From positions 4,939-68,938 of IMG/VR virus record IMGVR_UViG_3300023296_000332: a stretch of DNA of 64,000 nucleotides; one strand, written 5' to 3'. Shown piece by piece: positions 28,378-39,600 of the stretch (the first letter of the stretch is position 1; every line of letters starts with the position of its first letter). The notes under the pieces are model-generated. The model was not told the DNA's origin, did no database searches, and saw only the letters and a program-made list of their open reading frames with translations. Source of the DNA: a virus. The position numbers and the translations under genes are program-made.

Positions 28378-29021
28378 TGATTAACGTAGTCTTTAAAGAA
28401 ACAGAGAAAGAGCTAAAGTCCAAAGTATTTGGGGCTGTCGCTGGCTACATAAACAAGTTGTTGTTCAGAAAGAAGGGCTCTATAATAAGAGATATAAGAG
28501 CATTGATTCCTGGGTGGATTCAATCTCAACCAGAAATGCAGGAACTTATGTACAATGATGGAGGTATTGGCTCTCTAGGTGCCCAATTAGGTCTCCCGGT
28601 TGGAACTGGACCTGCCGCCGTTAACGCAATTACTGTAGCAATGGTTAACTCTATCTCTTTGGATATTAGCAAAATAAACAAGAGAACACTAGCTGGTGGT
28701 ATTACTGCCAAATTCATGCCTGCTACTTTTGTGGACCTACTTTCTTTACCAGAGGGTACTATAAGAACAGAACTTGGCACAGAATTGCCGTGGTTAAATT
28801 GGCTACTAACAGAAGGCTTTAGCGTCATTGTTGTTGGTTACAAGTTCAACTTTAGAAGAGGTGGTCGCTCACAAGGTGGTTACATGACAGAGGGTGGCAT
28901 CTGGAGGGTTCCTCCAAAATACGCAGGAACCAAGGATGACAACTTTATCACCAGGGCTTTAACTGGCAAAAAGAACGAACAGCAGATTTCAGAAGTTTTC
29001 AAACGTCATATTAAGTCATAA
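28377..29021 (+). CDS. Putative neck/tail-completion protein
   Basis: Synteny and the LPWL.WLL..G...R.GG..M....WRVPP.YAGT..DNFITRA pattern. Confidence 0.45.
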   Translation: MINVVFKETEKELKSKVFGAVAGYINKLLFRKKGSIIRDIRALIPGWIQSQPEMQELMYNDGGIGSLGAQLGLPVGTGPAAVNAITVAMVNSISLDISKINKRTLAGGITAKFMPATFVDLLSLPEGTIRTELGTELPWLNWLLTEGFSVIVVGYKFNFRRGGRSQGGYMTEGGIWRVPPKYAGTKDDNFITRALTGKKNEQQISEVFKRHIKS

Positions 29022-29023
29022 CA

Positions 29024-29932
29024 ATGAATCAAGATATTTTTAACCTTAAAGGCTTCAACAGCGTACATGATCCAACTATTAGTAATGAAATACTAGATGG
29101 CGTTGTTGAGTTCTTCGACTGGGGATTGCTTCAAAAGGGCAACTTCTTCAACGTGACACTTGGAGAGCTAGACAGAGAGGGTAAAGACCTTAGCTTGTTG
29201 AATCATTCTGAGTCTAAAGGCATCCCTATAGGTAGAGCCTGGGAAGGAAATTGCCCTAACTGGGTATGGCAGTCTGGCATTGGATATACTCCTGCACCAA
29301 TTGTTGCAGATGGCATATATCTAAATGACACATTCTTGCCACTAAACAATACAACAAACCCTTATCACATTGACTATTACAATGGTAGGGTGATTTTTGA
29401 TATGGCACAAGATCCAATCAGCAAAGTTCAGGTAGAACACGCACACAAGTGGATTAACGTCGAATACGCTAATTCTTTTGATGGTATGAAATCAGTACAA
29501 ACAGAGGGAGATAAACTTCCCCCTGAACTAACGATAAAGCTGCCAGTATTGGCTGTGGAAGTCGTAAGTAGGAACAAAATGACCGGCTATGAACTGGGCG
29601 GTGGACAGTTAGTGGAGACTATGGTTCTTTTCCACTGTATCGCTAGAGACGAACCAACTCGTAATAGAATGGTAGACATAGTGTCATATCAGAACGAAAA
29701 GTCAATTTTCACCTTTGATAGTGTGAAGATCGCTAAAAACGGCGACTTCCCTATAGATCACAGAGGATTCCCAACTCCTGGGGCCTTAAACTTTAGAGAT
29801 CTAGTGATTAAGTATCCTAGGTATAAGCTAAGATTTAGCAATCTCAAGACAAGTGACATGAAAATGGAGGCAAACACGTTGTTTGGAGCCACAGTGAAAA
29901 TGGACGTAGAATTGATAAAGCACGACATCTAG
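29024..29932 (+). CDS. Putative tail terminator-like protein
   Basis: Immediately before the tail tube. LP.LAVEV.....GYELGG motif. Confidence 0.45.
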   Translation: MNQDIFNLKGFNSVHDPTISNEILDGVVEFFDWGLLQKGNFFNVTLGELDREGKDLSLLNHSESKGIPIGRAWEGNCPNWVWQSGIGYTPAPIVADGIYLNDTFLPLNNTTNPYHIDYYNGRVIFDMAQDPISKVQVEHAHKWINVEYANSFDGMKSVQTEGDKLPPELTIKLPVLAVEVVSRNKMTGYELGGGQLVETMVLFHCIARDEPTRNRMVDIVSYQNEKSIFTFDSVKIAKNGDFPIDHRGFPTPGALNFRDLVIKYPRYKLRFSNLKTSDMKMEANTLFGATVKMDVELIKHDI

Positions 29933-29940
29933 CGTTTTTT

Positions 29941-29949
29941 GTGTATAAT
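29941..29949 (+). promoter_or_regulatory. GTGTATAAT putative late promoter (tail tube)
   Basis: Intergenic, preceded by a T-tract and followed by an AAGGAG SD. Confidence 0.7.
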
Positions 29950-29983
29950 TAGATAACGAACAGAATCCAAAAGGAGAGTCCAA

Positions 29984-31240
29984 ATGTCCCAGAATAATAG
30001 AATTTTCTATGCCTGCCAAGCGGTTGGTATTAAACCATGCTTCACAAACGACCCAATAGAGGTTGTTCATGGTGCTCAGAGTGTTGGTATCAATACCACA
30101 TTCAACCTAGAACAAGTTTTTGAGCTAGGTATGATTCAGATTTTCGAGAACATCGAAGGTTTGCCAGACGTAGAAGTTACTACTGAAAAGGTAATTGACG
30201 GCTACGCCCTAGTTTATCACCTAGCAACACCAAAGTCTAACGGTACTAACATTACTGCTAGAAGTAAGGATCGCTCATGCGTTTCGCTAGGTATTTACAG
30301 TGACGAACAAGACGTTGTTTCTGGTATTGCCCCAGTTGAAGTTTACACTTCGGGTATGTACGTCAGCAGCATCAGTTACACACTACCTGTTGACGGAAAC
30401 TCCACAGAGTCCGTAACATTAGTTGGTAACAACAAAGAGTGGTACGCACAGGGCCACATGATCGCTTATCACAATGACAACGCCACTAACTCGAACCCAG
30501 TTGGTTTTGGAGAAGGCGGAACAATGCCAGAAGATGAGTATCGTATCAATTACGACTCCTTCACTGGAGAAGACGAGCCTCTTGCTCTTGACACTGATCC
30601 AACCAATCCTGCTGCTGGTCCAGCTACCAGATTCCTTGGTGGTGTTCAAAGACGTGAGAATGTTAGAATTGACCGTTCTATCTTCCCCAAGTCTGTGTAC
30701 GGAGTTAGACCTAATGGTGAGCCTGGAAACGCTTTTGACTTTGTTACTAGCGGCAACTTGGTTCACTTCCAAAACTGCTCGATCTCAACCGATACTTCGA
30801 GAGAAGATATCAACGAATTGGGTAGAAAGGGTCCATACACTAGAGCACCTAACTTCCCAGTTGAAGTTACCTGTGACCTAGAAGCTATTGCGATCTCTGG
30901 TGACTTTGTTAACGCCTACGAGAATGGCGACCCTAGTCTTATCGGAACGAAGGGCGAAGGAAACAACACGATAGAAGAGACAATCAAGATCCACCTTAAC
31001 GATGGTACTTGTTTTGACCTTGGTAAGAAGAACAGACTGGAATCTGTATCTTACGGCGGCGGTGACGCTGGTGGTGGTAACGTTTCTCTGAACTACAGTT
31101 ACAAGAACTTCAATGACTTGAGAGTTCTACACCCAGAAGATCCAATTGTCGGCAACTACTCTGTCAAGGAACAAGCAGACGTAGACACTTTTTACGATTT
31201 CAAATCTGACGCAGGCTACACTGGCGTCAACTGGGCTTAA
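29984..31240 (+). CDS. Major tail (tube) protein
   Basis: Strong SD, codon bias like the MCP, QSVG...FNLEQVFELG and REDINELG motifs, and position upstream of chaperones/TMP. Confidence 0.7.
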   Translation: MSQNNRIFYACQAVGIKPCFTNDPIEVVHGAQSVGINTTFNLEQVFELGMIQIFENIEGLPDVEVTTEKVIDGYALVYHLATPKSNGTNITARSKDRSCVSLGIYSDEQDVVSGIAPVEVYTSGMYVSSISYTLPVDGNSTESVTLVGNNKEWYAQGHMIAYHNDNATNSNPVGFGEGGTMPEDEYRINYDSFTGEDEPLALDTDPTNPAAGPATRFLGGVQRRENVRIDRSIFPKSVYGVRPNGEPGNAFDFVTSGNLVHFQNCSISTDTSREDINELGRKGPYTRAPNFPVEVTCDLEAIAISGDFVNAYENGDPSLIGTKGEGNNTIEETIKIHLNDGTCFDLGKKNRLESVSYGGGDAGGGNVSLNYSYKNFNDLRVLHPEDPIVGNYSVKEQADVDTFYDFKSDAGYTGVNWA

Positions 31241-31311
31241 AACAAGCCGCAGGACTTAGGACACAGGATTCAAAATGATTAACGATAAAGCTCCCATCTT
31301 TAGGTTCCGCC

Positions 31312-32358
31312 ATGGAATATAACGATAGGGAGCTTTTAGTTTATCGTATACGCTCTGGTTCTACAACAATTAAAGTTGAGGGAAAAACCCTGAGAGTCAA
31401 TCCTCCCACTATTCAAGGACATTTGGACTGTTGCGAAGAATACTGGCGAGTATATGACGAATGTATTGCTCAGGGGTTGAAAACTCAAGACGAAGTTCTT
31501 CAATGGATGATGGAAGTAGAACTATGGTCCTATTACGAAGAGGACCAGCTTCTAAAGATTAAAGAAAAGCTAGAAGATGGCAAGATGTCTGCTTATGATA
31601 ATAGAAGAAACCAAATGGCCCTAAACTCTATCAAGAATCAAATAAGAGCACTAGAAAGAAGATTTAAACAACTAAGCGAATTGAAGCACTTCTATTTCGC
31701 CACCACCTGTGATGGCATCGCCGCATCGGCCAAGTCCTTTTTCTTAGTAGAGAACAACACTTTTTGCGACGGCCAGAAATACAACTTTGCAGAAGTTTCT
31801 CTTGAGCAAGTTTCCGCAGAATTCTCTGCTTTTAATGACATAGAAGATTCTATGATTCGTTATTTAGCAAGGTCAGAGCCCTGGAGAACAATATGGGCAA
31901 CGAGAACAAATACTTCTAGCCCTCTTTTTCTTAATGAGCCCAACCTCGACTTGACCATAAACCAAAAGTCACTATTGGCTTGGTCTCAGATGTACGATAA
32001 TGTTTACGAGTCTATGGATTGTCCAGATAAGTATGTTATTGACGACGACGATTTACTAGATGGCTGGTTCATACAGCAATCAAGAAAGAGAGAGAAAGAC
32101 AAAGCAAAACAAGATCTTGATGGATCTATTAAAAATGAGAAGATTAGAAATGCCCAAGAGGTATATTCTGTAGTTAAGAGTGTTGATGAGTTTAGAAAAG
32201 TTGATAGCTTGAACAATACTCACAGCAAGGTTGTCAAAAAACAACGAGAAAACTTGATTAAGACTAAGGGCGGCGTCGGACAAGGTGCCTTCCATGATGA
32301 AAAGTTGAAGTATGTTGCTCAACAGAACAAGCAATTCAAAGGAAAGTTTGGAGGTTAA
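31312..32358 (+). CDS. Hypothetical protein (tail assembly region)
   Basis: 348-aa helical ORF between the tube and the TMP. Confidence 0.6.
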   Translation: MEYNDRELLVYRIRSGSTTIKVEGKTLRVNPPTIQGHLDCCEEYWRVYDECIAQGLKTQDEVLQWMMEVELWSYYEEDQLLKIKEKLEDGKMSAYDNRRNQMALNSIKNQIRALERRFKQLSELKHFYFATTCDGIAASAKSFFLVENNTFCDGQKYNFAEVSLEQVSAEFSAFNDIEDSMIRYLARSEPWRTIWATRTNTSSPLFLNEPNLDLTINQKSLLAWSQMYDNVYESMDCPDKYVIDDDDLLDGWFIQQSRKREKDKAKQDLDGSIKNEKIRNAQEVYSVVKSVDEFRKVDSLNNTHSKVVKKQRENLIKTKGGVGQGAFHDEKLKYVAQQNKQFKGKFGG

Positions 32359-32359
32359 G

Positions 32360-32746
32360 ATGGATGAAAAGACAGCGAAGATGGTCCGAGACCACGCTGA
32401 CTATAAAAAGAAGAGAGAGGACCAATACAAGATCAGTTCTAGGGACAGGCTTGCTAAGATTCTCAAGAAGAAAATTGAAACCACTATGATTGGGGCACTT
32501 AGCTCAGTTGAAGATCACTTTGGATTTCTTTGGAAAGACGACGACTCAGAAGAGTTGTCTCAAGAAAGACAGGAAATGAAACGCCTGTTTCAGTTGATTA
32601 GGTCTGACATTCTGGATAAAGGAAACACTCAGGCTAGAAACATTGATGCCGAGTTGGCTCAATATGACGTACATTGGAATCGTTACACAATGACGTTACC
32701 CGTTAAGCAAACACTAAGAAAAAAGGAACAACAAGATGACAGATAA
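32360..32746 (+). CDS. Hypothetical protein (tail assembly region)
   Basis: GGAGG SD before ATG 32360 (MDEKTAK...). Confidence 0.6.
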   Translation: MDEKTAKMVRDHADYKKKREDQYKISSRDRLAKILKKKIETTMIGALSSVEDHFGFLWKDDDSEELSQERQEMKRLFQLIRSDILDKGNTQARNIDAELAQYDVHWNRYTMTLPVKQTLRKKEQQDDR

Positions 32747-33656
32747 AAGAGAATTCGAGTTTGAAGGAAACAAATTTTTCGTTAAGAAGCCAGGATCAAA
32801 GGTGTCTCAGCACGCACAGAGAATCTACTCTGCTGAATTCATGAAGTGCCTAAATGAAGGCTTGATGGTGAGGGCAAAACTTAAAAAGTTCCTTCAAGAG
32901 CACGGAGTCTGGACAGAAGCCCAAGAGGAAGAAGAAAAGGACATTTCTAAGCAAATCAACGATATTGAAGTTGAGATCTATCGAGGCGGCAAAGATCGCA
33001 AGACCATGACATTGTCTGAGGGCCGAGAAAAGGCCATTAAGATGAAAGAATTGCGAAATAGGTATTCGGCCCTTATCTCCGAAAGACAGTCATACGAGTC
33101 TAATACCGCAGAATCTATGGCCGACAACGCTAGATTTGATTTCTTGGTATCAGAATGCACGTTCAATGAAGATGGAACAAGGGTGTATAATTCTTATGAA
33201 GACTACCAATTAAAGAGTGGCGAAGAGTTTGCATATGAGTCCGCAGCTACTCTCGCACAGCTAATGTATTCCCTTGAGGAAGACTATGCTAAGAAACTGC
33301 CTGAAAACCAGTTCTTACTAAGATTTGGACTTGTAGATGACGAGTTGAGGCTTATTAACAAGTCTGGTCATCTAATTGACAGAGAAGGCAGACTAATCAA
33401 CGAAGAAGGCTACTATGTAACCGAAGACGGCTCCAGAGTAGACAGAGATGGAAATAGTCTCACAGAAGACGGCCTCTTAGATATGGAGGTTGTTTACACA
33501 GACGACGACGGACAAACTGTTCAACCGAAGGAATCAAAGGTTGAAGAAGAGCCCGTCGCAGAGGAGCCAGTAGAAGCCCCAGCGACAGAAGTTGCTGTTG
33601 AGCCTACTCCTGAGCTTCCAGAAGCAGAAGCTCCCCCAACAGTAGAAGCTGGATAG
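32736..33656 (+). CDS. Putative tail assembly chaperone
   Basis: Directly before the TMP, AAGGA SD, and an acidic Pro/Glu-rich tail. Confidence 0.5.
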   Translation: MTDKREFEFEGNKFFVKKPGSKVSQHAQRIYSAEFMKCLNEGLMVRAKLKKFLQEHGVWTEAQEEEEKDISKQINDIEVEIYRGGKDRKTMTLSEGREKAIKMKELRNRYSALISERQSYESNTAESMADNARFDFLVSECTFNEDGTRVYNSYEDYQLKSGEEFAYESAATLAQLMYSLEEDYAKKLPENQFLLRFGLVDDELRLINKSGHLIDREGRLINEEGYYVTEDGSRVDRDGNSLTEDGLLDMEVVYTDDDGQTVQPKESKVEEEPVAEEPVEAPATEVAVEPTPELPEAEAPPTVEAG

Positions 33657-33699
33657 TAGATGGATAGTATGCGGTTAATTACCTAGAGAGATAAAAAAC

Positions 33700-36600
33700 A
33701 TGTCAGATAAGTTCTTACTAATCGCAGAGTTGCAAATTCGAGGCCCGGCTAATATGGCTGAGGCTAGACGAAGAATTAAGGGTGGCCTCAGTGATATTAA
33801 CCTAGATGTTAACATCAGGGGGGCCACTCGTGCAAAGTCAGACGTAGACAAAGTAACCAAGGCTACGCGAAAAGCCCAAAGGGCTTCCGCAGACCTAGGT
33901 AGAACCGTTGCGATTTCTTTGAAACGATTTGCTACATACTCTGTCGCTACTCGTCTTGTAGGTCTTTTGACTACAGGTCTGGCTAGTGCTGTGAGTGAAG
34001 CTATTAGCTTTGAAAGGGAGATGTTGAAGGTTTCTCAAGTTTCTGGGAAAACCTTACGACAGCTTTCTGGATTATCTGACGAAGTTACCAGACTAGCAAC
34101 CGAGTTCGGCGTTGCTTCTGATTCTCTATTGGGTGTTACCCGAATTCTTACGCAGGCTGGTTTGTCTGCTGACGAGACCAAGACTGCCCTTGAAGCTTTA
34201 GCTAAGTCAGAGCTTGCCCCTACTTTTGAGAACATTACCCAGACCGCTGAGGGTGCTGTTGCTATCTTTAACCAGTTCAAAGAGGGTGCTGGTGCTCTTG
34301 AAGAGCAACTTGGTTCTATTAACGCCGTTTCTGGTAAGTTTGCCGTTGAGTCGGGAGACCTTATCTCCGCTGTTCGTAGGGTTGGTGGTGTATTCAAAGC
34401 TTCTGGTGGTAGTTTAGAAGAGCTACTTGCTTTATTCACTTCGATTAGATCGACAACTAGAGAGTCTGGCGAGTCTATTGCTACCGGCTTGAGAACAATC
34501 TTCGTTAGGTTACAAAGACCTAGAACGCTAGACTTCTTAAAAGAGATGGGTGTAAATCTTAGAGATCTTGAGGGCAAGTTTGTAGGCCCTTACGAAGCCA
34601 TTAGACGTATGAACAAAGAGTTCGGAAAGTTTGAAGGTGGAGATCCTAGGTTTATCAAGGTTGCCGAAGAGATCGCTGGTTTCCGTCAAATTGGTAGAGT
34701 TATTCCGTTGTTGCAACAGTTCAAGGTTGCCCAAGATGCCCTTGATGTCGCAAAGGGTGGTAAAGACAGCTTAACTAAGGATGCTCTTGCTGCCCAGGCT
34801 TCTCTAGCTGTTCGTATTGTAAAGGTTAAGCAAGAATTCTTAGCTCTTGTCAGAGAGATCTATAATAGTCCTGTATTCCAGGCTATGGCTGACTCTACGA
34901 TTAGACTTCTTTCTGCTCTGATTAAAGTCGGAGACGCACTTAAAAACATTATCCCACTGCTTGGCGTATTTGCTGGCATCAAGCTTGCTAAGACTGCTGT
35001 TGGATTCGTTGGCAACGTTGCTAAGAATCTTGCTAGTCCTAAGGGCTTCTCCGAAGGTGGAGGTATCGGTCAGAAGAGTGGCGTTCCATATGGTGTAGCT
35101 GGAAGTCCAGATGATACTCTTATTCATGCACAAACTGGAGAGTTTGTTGTCAAGAAATCTTCTGCCTCCAAGCTAGGCCTCGGTGCCCTAAACTATCTGA
35201 ATAAGCATGGAGAAATTCCTCAATTTAACCAAGGCGGAAGCGTTGGTATGAAGAAGTCTGAGGTAATTCAAAAGAGCTTTGATAGAAATGAAGATTCTTC
35301 TGTCTTATCTAGCCTTGCCGAAGCTGATTCGGTGATGAAGGATTTCTTGGACAGTATGAAGAAGTGGGGTGCCATGTTCCAAGGCATTGCTAAGGAAGGT
35401 ATTGCTGACATAAGTAAAAGCGATCCAGGCTTAGAGGGTGCTACATACCCAGATGGAGGAATTGGGGTTGCTATTGGTAGAACCAACAAGTTTACAGTGC
35501 CTCATGAAACAGCACACCAAGTAGATAGAAGAATGGGGGAGAGATCCCCTGGTATTGATTTTGAGTCTAGTCAATACGCAAGCGGTCAAGGTGGCACTTT
35601 TCAAAACGCTATTACAGAGAAGCTAAAGCCCATCCTAAAGAAGCAACTTCAAAAAGAAAAAGCTTCTGCTGACGAAATATCGTACAGACTAGAAAACGAA
35701 GAGATTTTTGCCGACCTGATGGCTAAGACCGTCCCAGTCGCAAGGGCTATTCTTGTACACACAACAAGTGCAGAAAAGGGCTTGGCTCAATTGGCTAAGC
35801 TTGTAGAGCGTGATGGAAATATCCCTGGACTTGCTGGGTTGAGTTCTGAGAAGATTGCTAAAGTCCCACGAAAGAAGTCTTTCAAAAAGCCTTCGTATTT
35901 TTATGCTGGCGGAAAGGTTGGCAATGAGAAGTACGATGGGTCTGATCCTATGTTCCCAGCAAGAGGGAGAGACACGCAGAGAGCTATGCTCGCTCCAGGT
36001 GAGTTCGTTGTTAACAATGTCGGCGTCGGTCTTCTTGGCCCAAACTTCTTATCTCAAGCGAACAAGGGTAAAAAACCTACTGGTCCTTCTCCTTTATATG
36101 CCTTTAATGGTGGGTATGTTTCTAATGGGGTTAGTTATCTAGCCACTGGAAATGAGTCTGCTAAAAAAGATAGCTTTAACTTTAGAGGCAAGAGAGACAG
36201 AGTTGGAAACAGGAGAGATATCAAAGACGAGTTTGATTCTGTGATTAAGAGTTTTTCAGGTCTTAATCCTGTCCTTGCGGAACTTTCTAAGACTGTTCTT
36301 GTCTTCACTAGAGACTTACCTTCTCAGGGTTCTGGCTCTTCTGATCCTAATACTTCTGCTATCTATCCAAGGATTCCCCTTGGTCCTAAGCCTACTCGTC
36401 CAGGTGGCCCTAAGGTTGTAGAGCCTGAGAGAGAAGAAGAAAAAGAACAAACATCTTCGTTTGGTGGAATCTTAGATGGTTTTAGCGGAAAGATGGTTGC
36501 TGCTGGTATTGGCTTTAGTGCTGTTACCTCTGTTATCAATGGTCTTGTTGAGTCTGGGTCAGAACTAGCAGACAAGTTTAACGCTATTCAAGAGGCTGTT

Positions 36601-39600
36601 CTCAAATTCGGCACGACGTTTGCTATCTACTATCAAATTCTAAAGAAAGCTAAAGAATATGAGGCTTCTCAAAAAGCAGATAAAGAACAAAAAGAAACAG
36701 AAGTTAAGCTTAAAATTGAACAAGAAGGATACGACAATAGGCAGATAGACCTAAAGTCGATCTTGGGCAATGCTATAATGGAGAGAGATGATCTAATAAA
36801 CAAGGCGGCTCAACAAGATGAGCTTGCTAAGCAGGCTGTCGTCAAGAGAGATACGGCACAAGGTGTTAAGTCTGGTTTTGTTGCATCTCGTGATGTGTAT
36901 CAAGCGAATGTTGACTCTAAGAAGTCTGAAATTTCCGACCAAGAAGACTCTATTAAAACAGTTCAAGATAGAATTGCTAGAAAAAGGGCAAAGATATCTA
37001 GTAATGAAGAGTTTTCTAAGAACTACAGTAGATCAAGACAAACCCAAGATAGAAGAACCCTTGCTAATTCAGGGGCGTCAAGAAGAGCCAAAGAAGAAGC
37101 TTCTAAAAGAATAGGGAGAGTCACAAAAGACAACCCTAAGCTTGAAAGAAGCATTAAGGCCGATGAAAATATCATTAAGAGAAAGAACGCTCTTCTTGCC
37201 AAGGAAGAGAAGCTGTTAGCTCAAGAACAAGCCAATGTTCACGCCCAAGCTAGAAAGATTACTGGTGTTGATAGGTCTATTGCTGGACACGAGTCTGAAA
37301 GAATCAGTAGGCAAACAAAGAGAAACGATTACGAAAGCCAAGCTAGAAAGGCGGACTACGAAGTACAAAGGGCAGAAAACGAAATTGACCCAGAGGATAT
37401 CCAAGATTCTGCACAGTTTTCTAGTCGTAGAAGGGGCGACTCATTGTCTCGTTCAGAGAGAGCTAAAAGGGCTGGATCACGAACAGGATTTGGGGGCAAG
37501 TCTCGCTTTGGTAGACAGTTGTCACGTTCACCTATTCTTAATGGATTCAAAGGTCTTGGGGGTGCCGCCAAAGGTCTTGTCAGTAAGATGGGCGGATTGT
37601 CTGGAGTTATGGGCTTTGCTGGTGCTGGCATTGCAGCGTTGGCACAGGCTGTATCTGCTGTTGCTGATTATATGCAAACTAAGTTTCTTGCTAAGGCGGA
37701 AAAGAACTTAGAGTCTGGTGATTATGATTCGTTTAGATCGAACTCTACCAAGGCCGCACAAGCCGGAAGAGTTAGTGGAATTGCTCAGGGTGTTGGTAAT
37801 GGTGCGTTAGGTGGTGCTGCTGCTGGTGCTGCTATTGGTAGTTTCACTCCTGTTGGTCTTGTTGGTGGTGCTGCCATTGGTGCTGTCGTTGGCGGTATTG
37901 GCGGTGGGTTGTACTCTGCCTCTGGAGACAATAGAGACTTTGCAGGTGAAGCTGGCGTTGAAACCGCAATTATGGAAGACGCTTTGAAAAAAGCTAGTGA
38001 ATCACTTGTTGATTTCTCTAAGGGCGTCATTGATATTAACGATCTACTTAGCCAACAAAACAAATCCGCCCTTGCTTCTGATAGTGCGTTCTTCAAGAAG
38101 TCAAAAATAGAAGCAGACGAAAGGGTTTCTAAGGTTGATGATGGAAGAAGTACTTTCCAAAAAGTAACAGATGCTATCGGAACCGCCGTTGCAAATGTTA
38201 GAGATGGATTCAAAGCTGTGTTTAGTGGGGACTTCTGGTCTGCCATTGGAGATAGCATTAAGAGTGGATTCAGAACTGTTTCTGATTATGTCTTAGATTC
38301 TCTTTATGAAGTTGGTCTTTACTTTGCTTCTTTTGTTAACGAAGATGCCGCAGAAGAACTAGAGAAAATTCAACAGGGTAGAGCCCTTGTTGCTAAACAG
38401 AAGAAGCAAATTGCAGCACAGGTCACAGATGAAGAAGAGAGGGGCTTCAAAACTAACTTAATTACAGACCGTGGTTCTAAGATTCAAACCTTAGAGGCTA
38501 TCGAGGATAACGACAAACTTACTGTCGCTGAAAAGGGAGACGCTAGAAATACGCTTCTACAAAATACCAAGTCAGAGTTTGAGGAGAGAAAAGCCAAAAT
38601 AGCAGAAAGAGCAGATTTAGACGGAAAGGGCGGGGTAGATACAATAGCTGAAAAAGCAATCGAAAAGAAACTATTGGGAATTGCCAATGAGCAATATGAA
38701 GATACGATAAGTTCTTTACGAGCTTCTATCAATACTCAAGATGAACTTACCGCACTTCGCAATCAGATTGTTCAAGCCGAGTCCGCTTCTCTAGCTGGTA
38801 CTTCAAGGTTAAACGCCGCATCAGTCACATTGGAAAATTCAATGGGAATGGCTGACGGTACGCTTTCTAGTTTTGCTGCTAATCTTAATACAATTGAGGC
38901 TGCAAAGACAAACACTGGTCTTTCTGGTCAGGCTAACTCTGCTATTACTGAGAATGTTAACAGTGGTCTGAAAAGCTTTGGTATTAAGAAGTCAGATGAC
39001 AGCCAACTAGCTAAGCAAGTAATTAAAGAAGCTAAATTCCAACAAGAGTCTAACACGCTCTTTGATAAGGTTAGTCAAGACTTTGCTAATCTTAAAGTTA
39101 CAGGTCTAGACCCTAATACAAAGGCTAGTGATGCTGCTGGTAAGTTCTCGACTATCGTCAACGCCGCTACAGGATTCGATCCAAAGAGTGGAAAAGAAGA
39201 TTCGACTCTTGGTAAGCAGATGAAAGAGTTGTTCAGGTCTAACATCATTGCCGAAGCTGGTCGCGCTGGTGGGGTTGTCGATCCGGCTAAACTTGAAGAA
39301 GCTAGACGCAAGACCATGGAACAGCTTCAACCTCTATTGAAGGCTAGTACTAAAACTCTTGAAGCCTTTAGTGCCGCCCTTCAGAAGCTTGACGCATTCA
39401 AGCTTCAAAGATTGCAAAAGCAAATTGAACTTGAGAATGAACTAGTTAATGTTAGACTTTCTGGAATAGACTTAAATCAAGAGGCGGACAAGCTTATTGA
39501 GAGTGCTGGAGGTCCAAAGGCTAAGTCTGATACAGACGTTGCTATCCAAAGGCAGAACCTATTAAACAAAGAGGCTGGTGTTGCAGAGATTTCTGGACCA

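Noticed and set aside
29984-31240. Contractile tail sheath gene
   Set aside because: No sheath-sized gene or sheath motifs occur next to the tube, so a myovirus call is not supported within this window.
32719-32725. A-AAA-AAG slippery heptamer near the end of a pre-TMP gene (tail chaperone -1 frameshift?)
   Set aside because: The -1 frame hits TGA within a few codons and the downstream gene is in the +1 frame. The AAGGA here is better explained as the SD of gene 32736.
33650-33669. TGGATAGTA direct repeat before the tape measure gene
   Set aside because: Only two 9-bp copies overlapping a stop codon. A chance or slippage duplication is sufficient to explain it.
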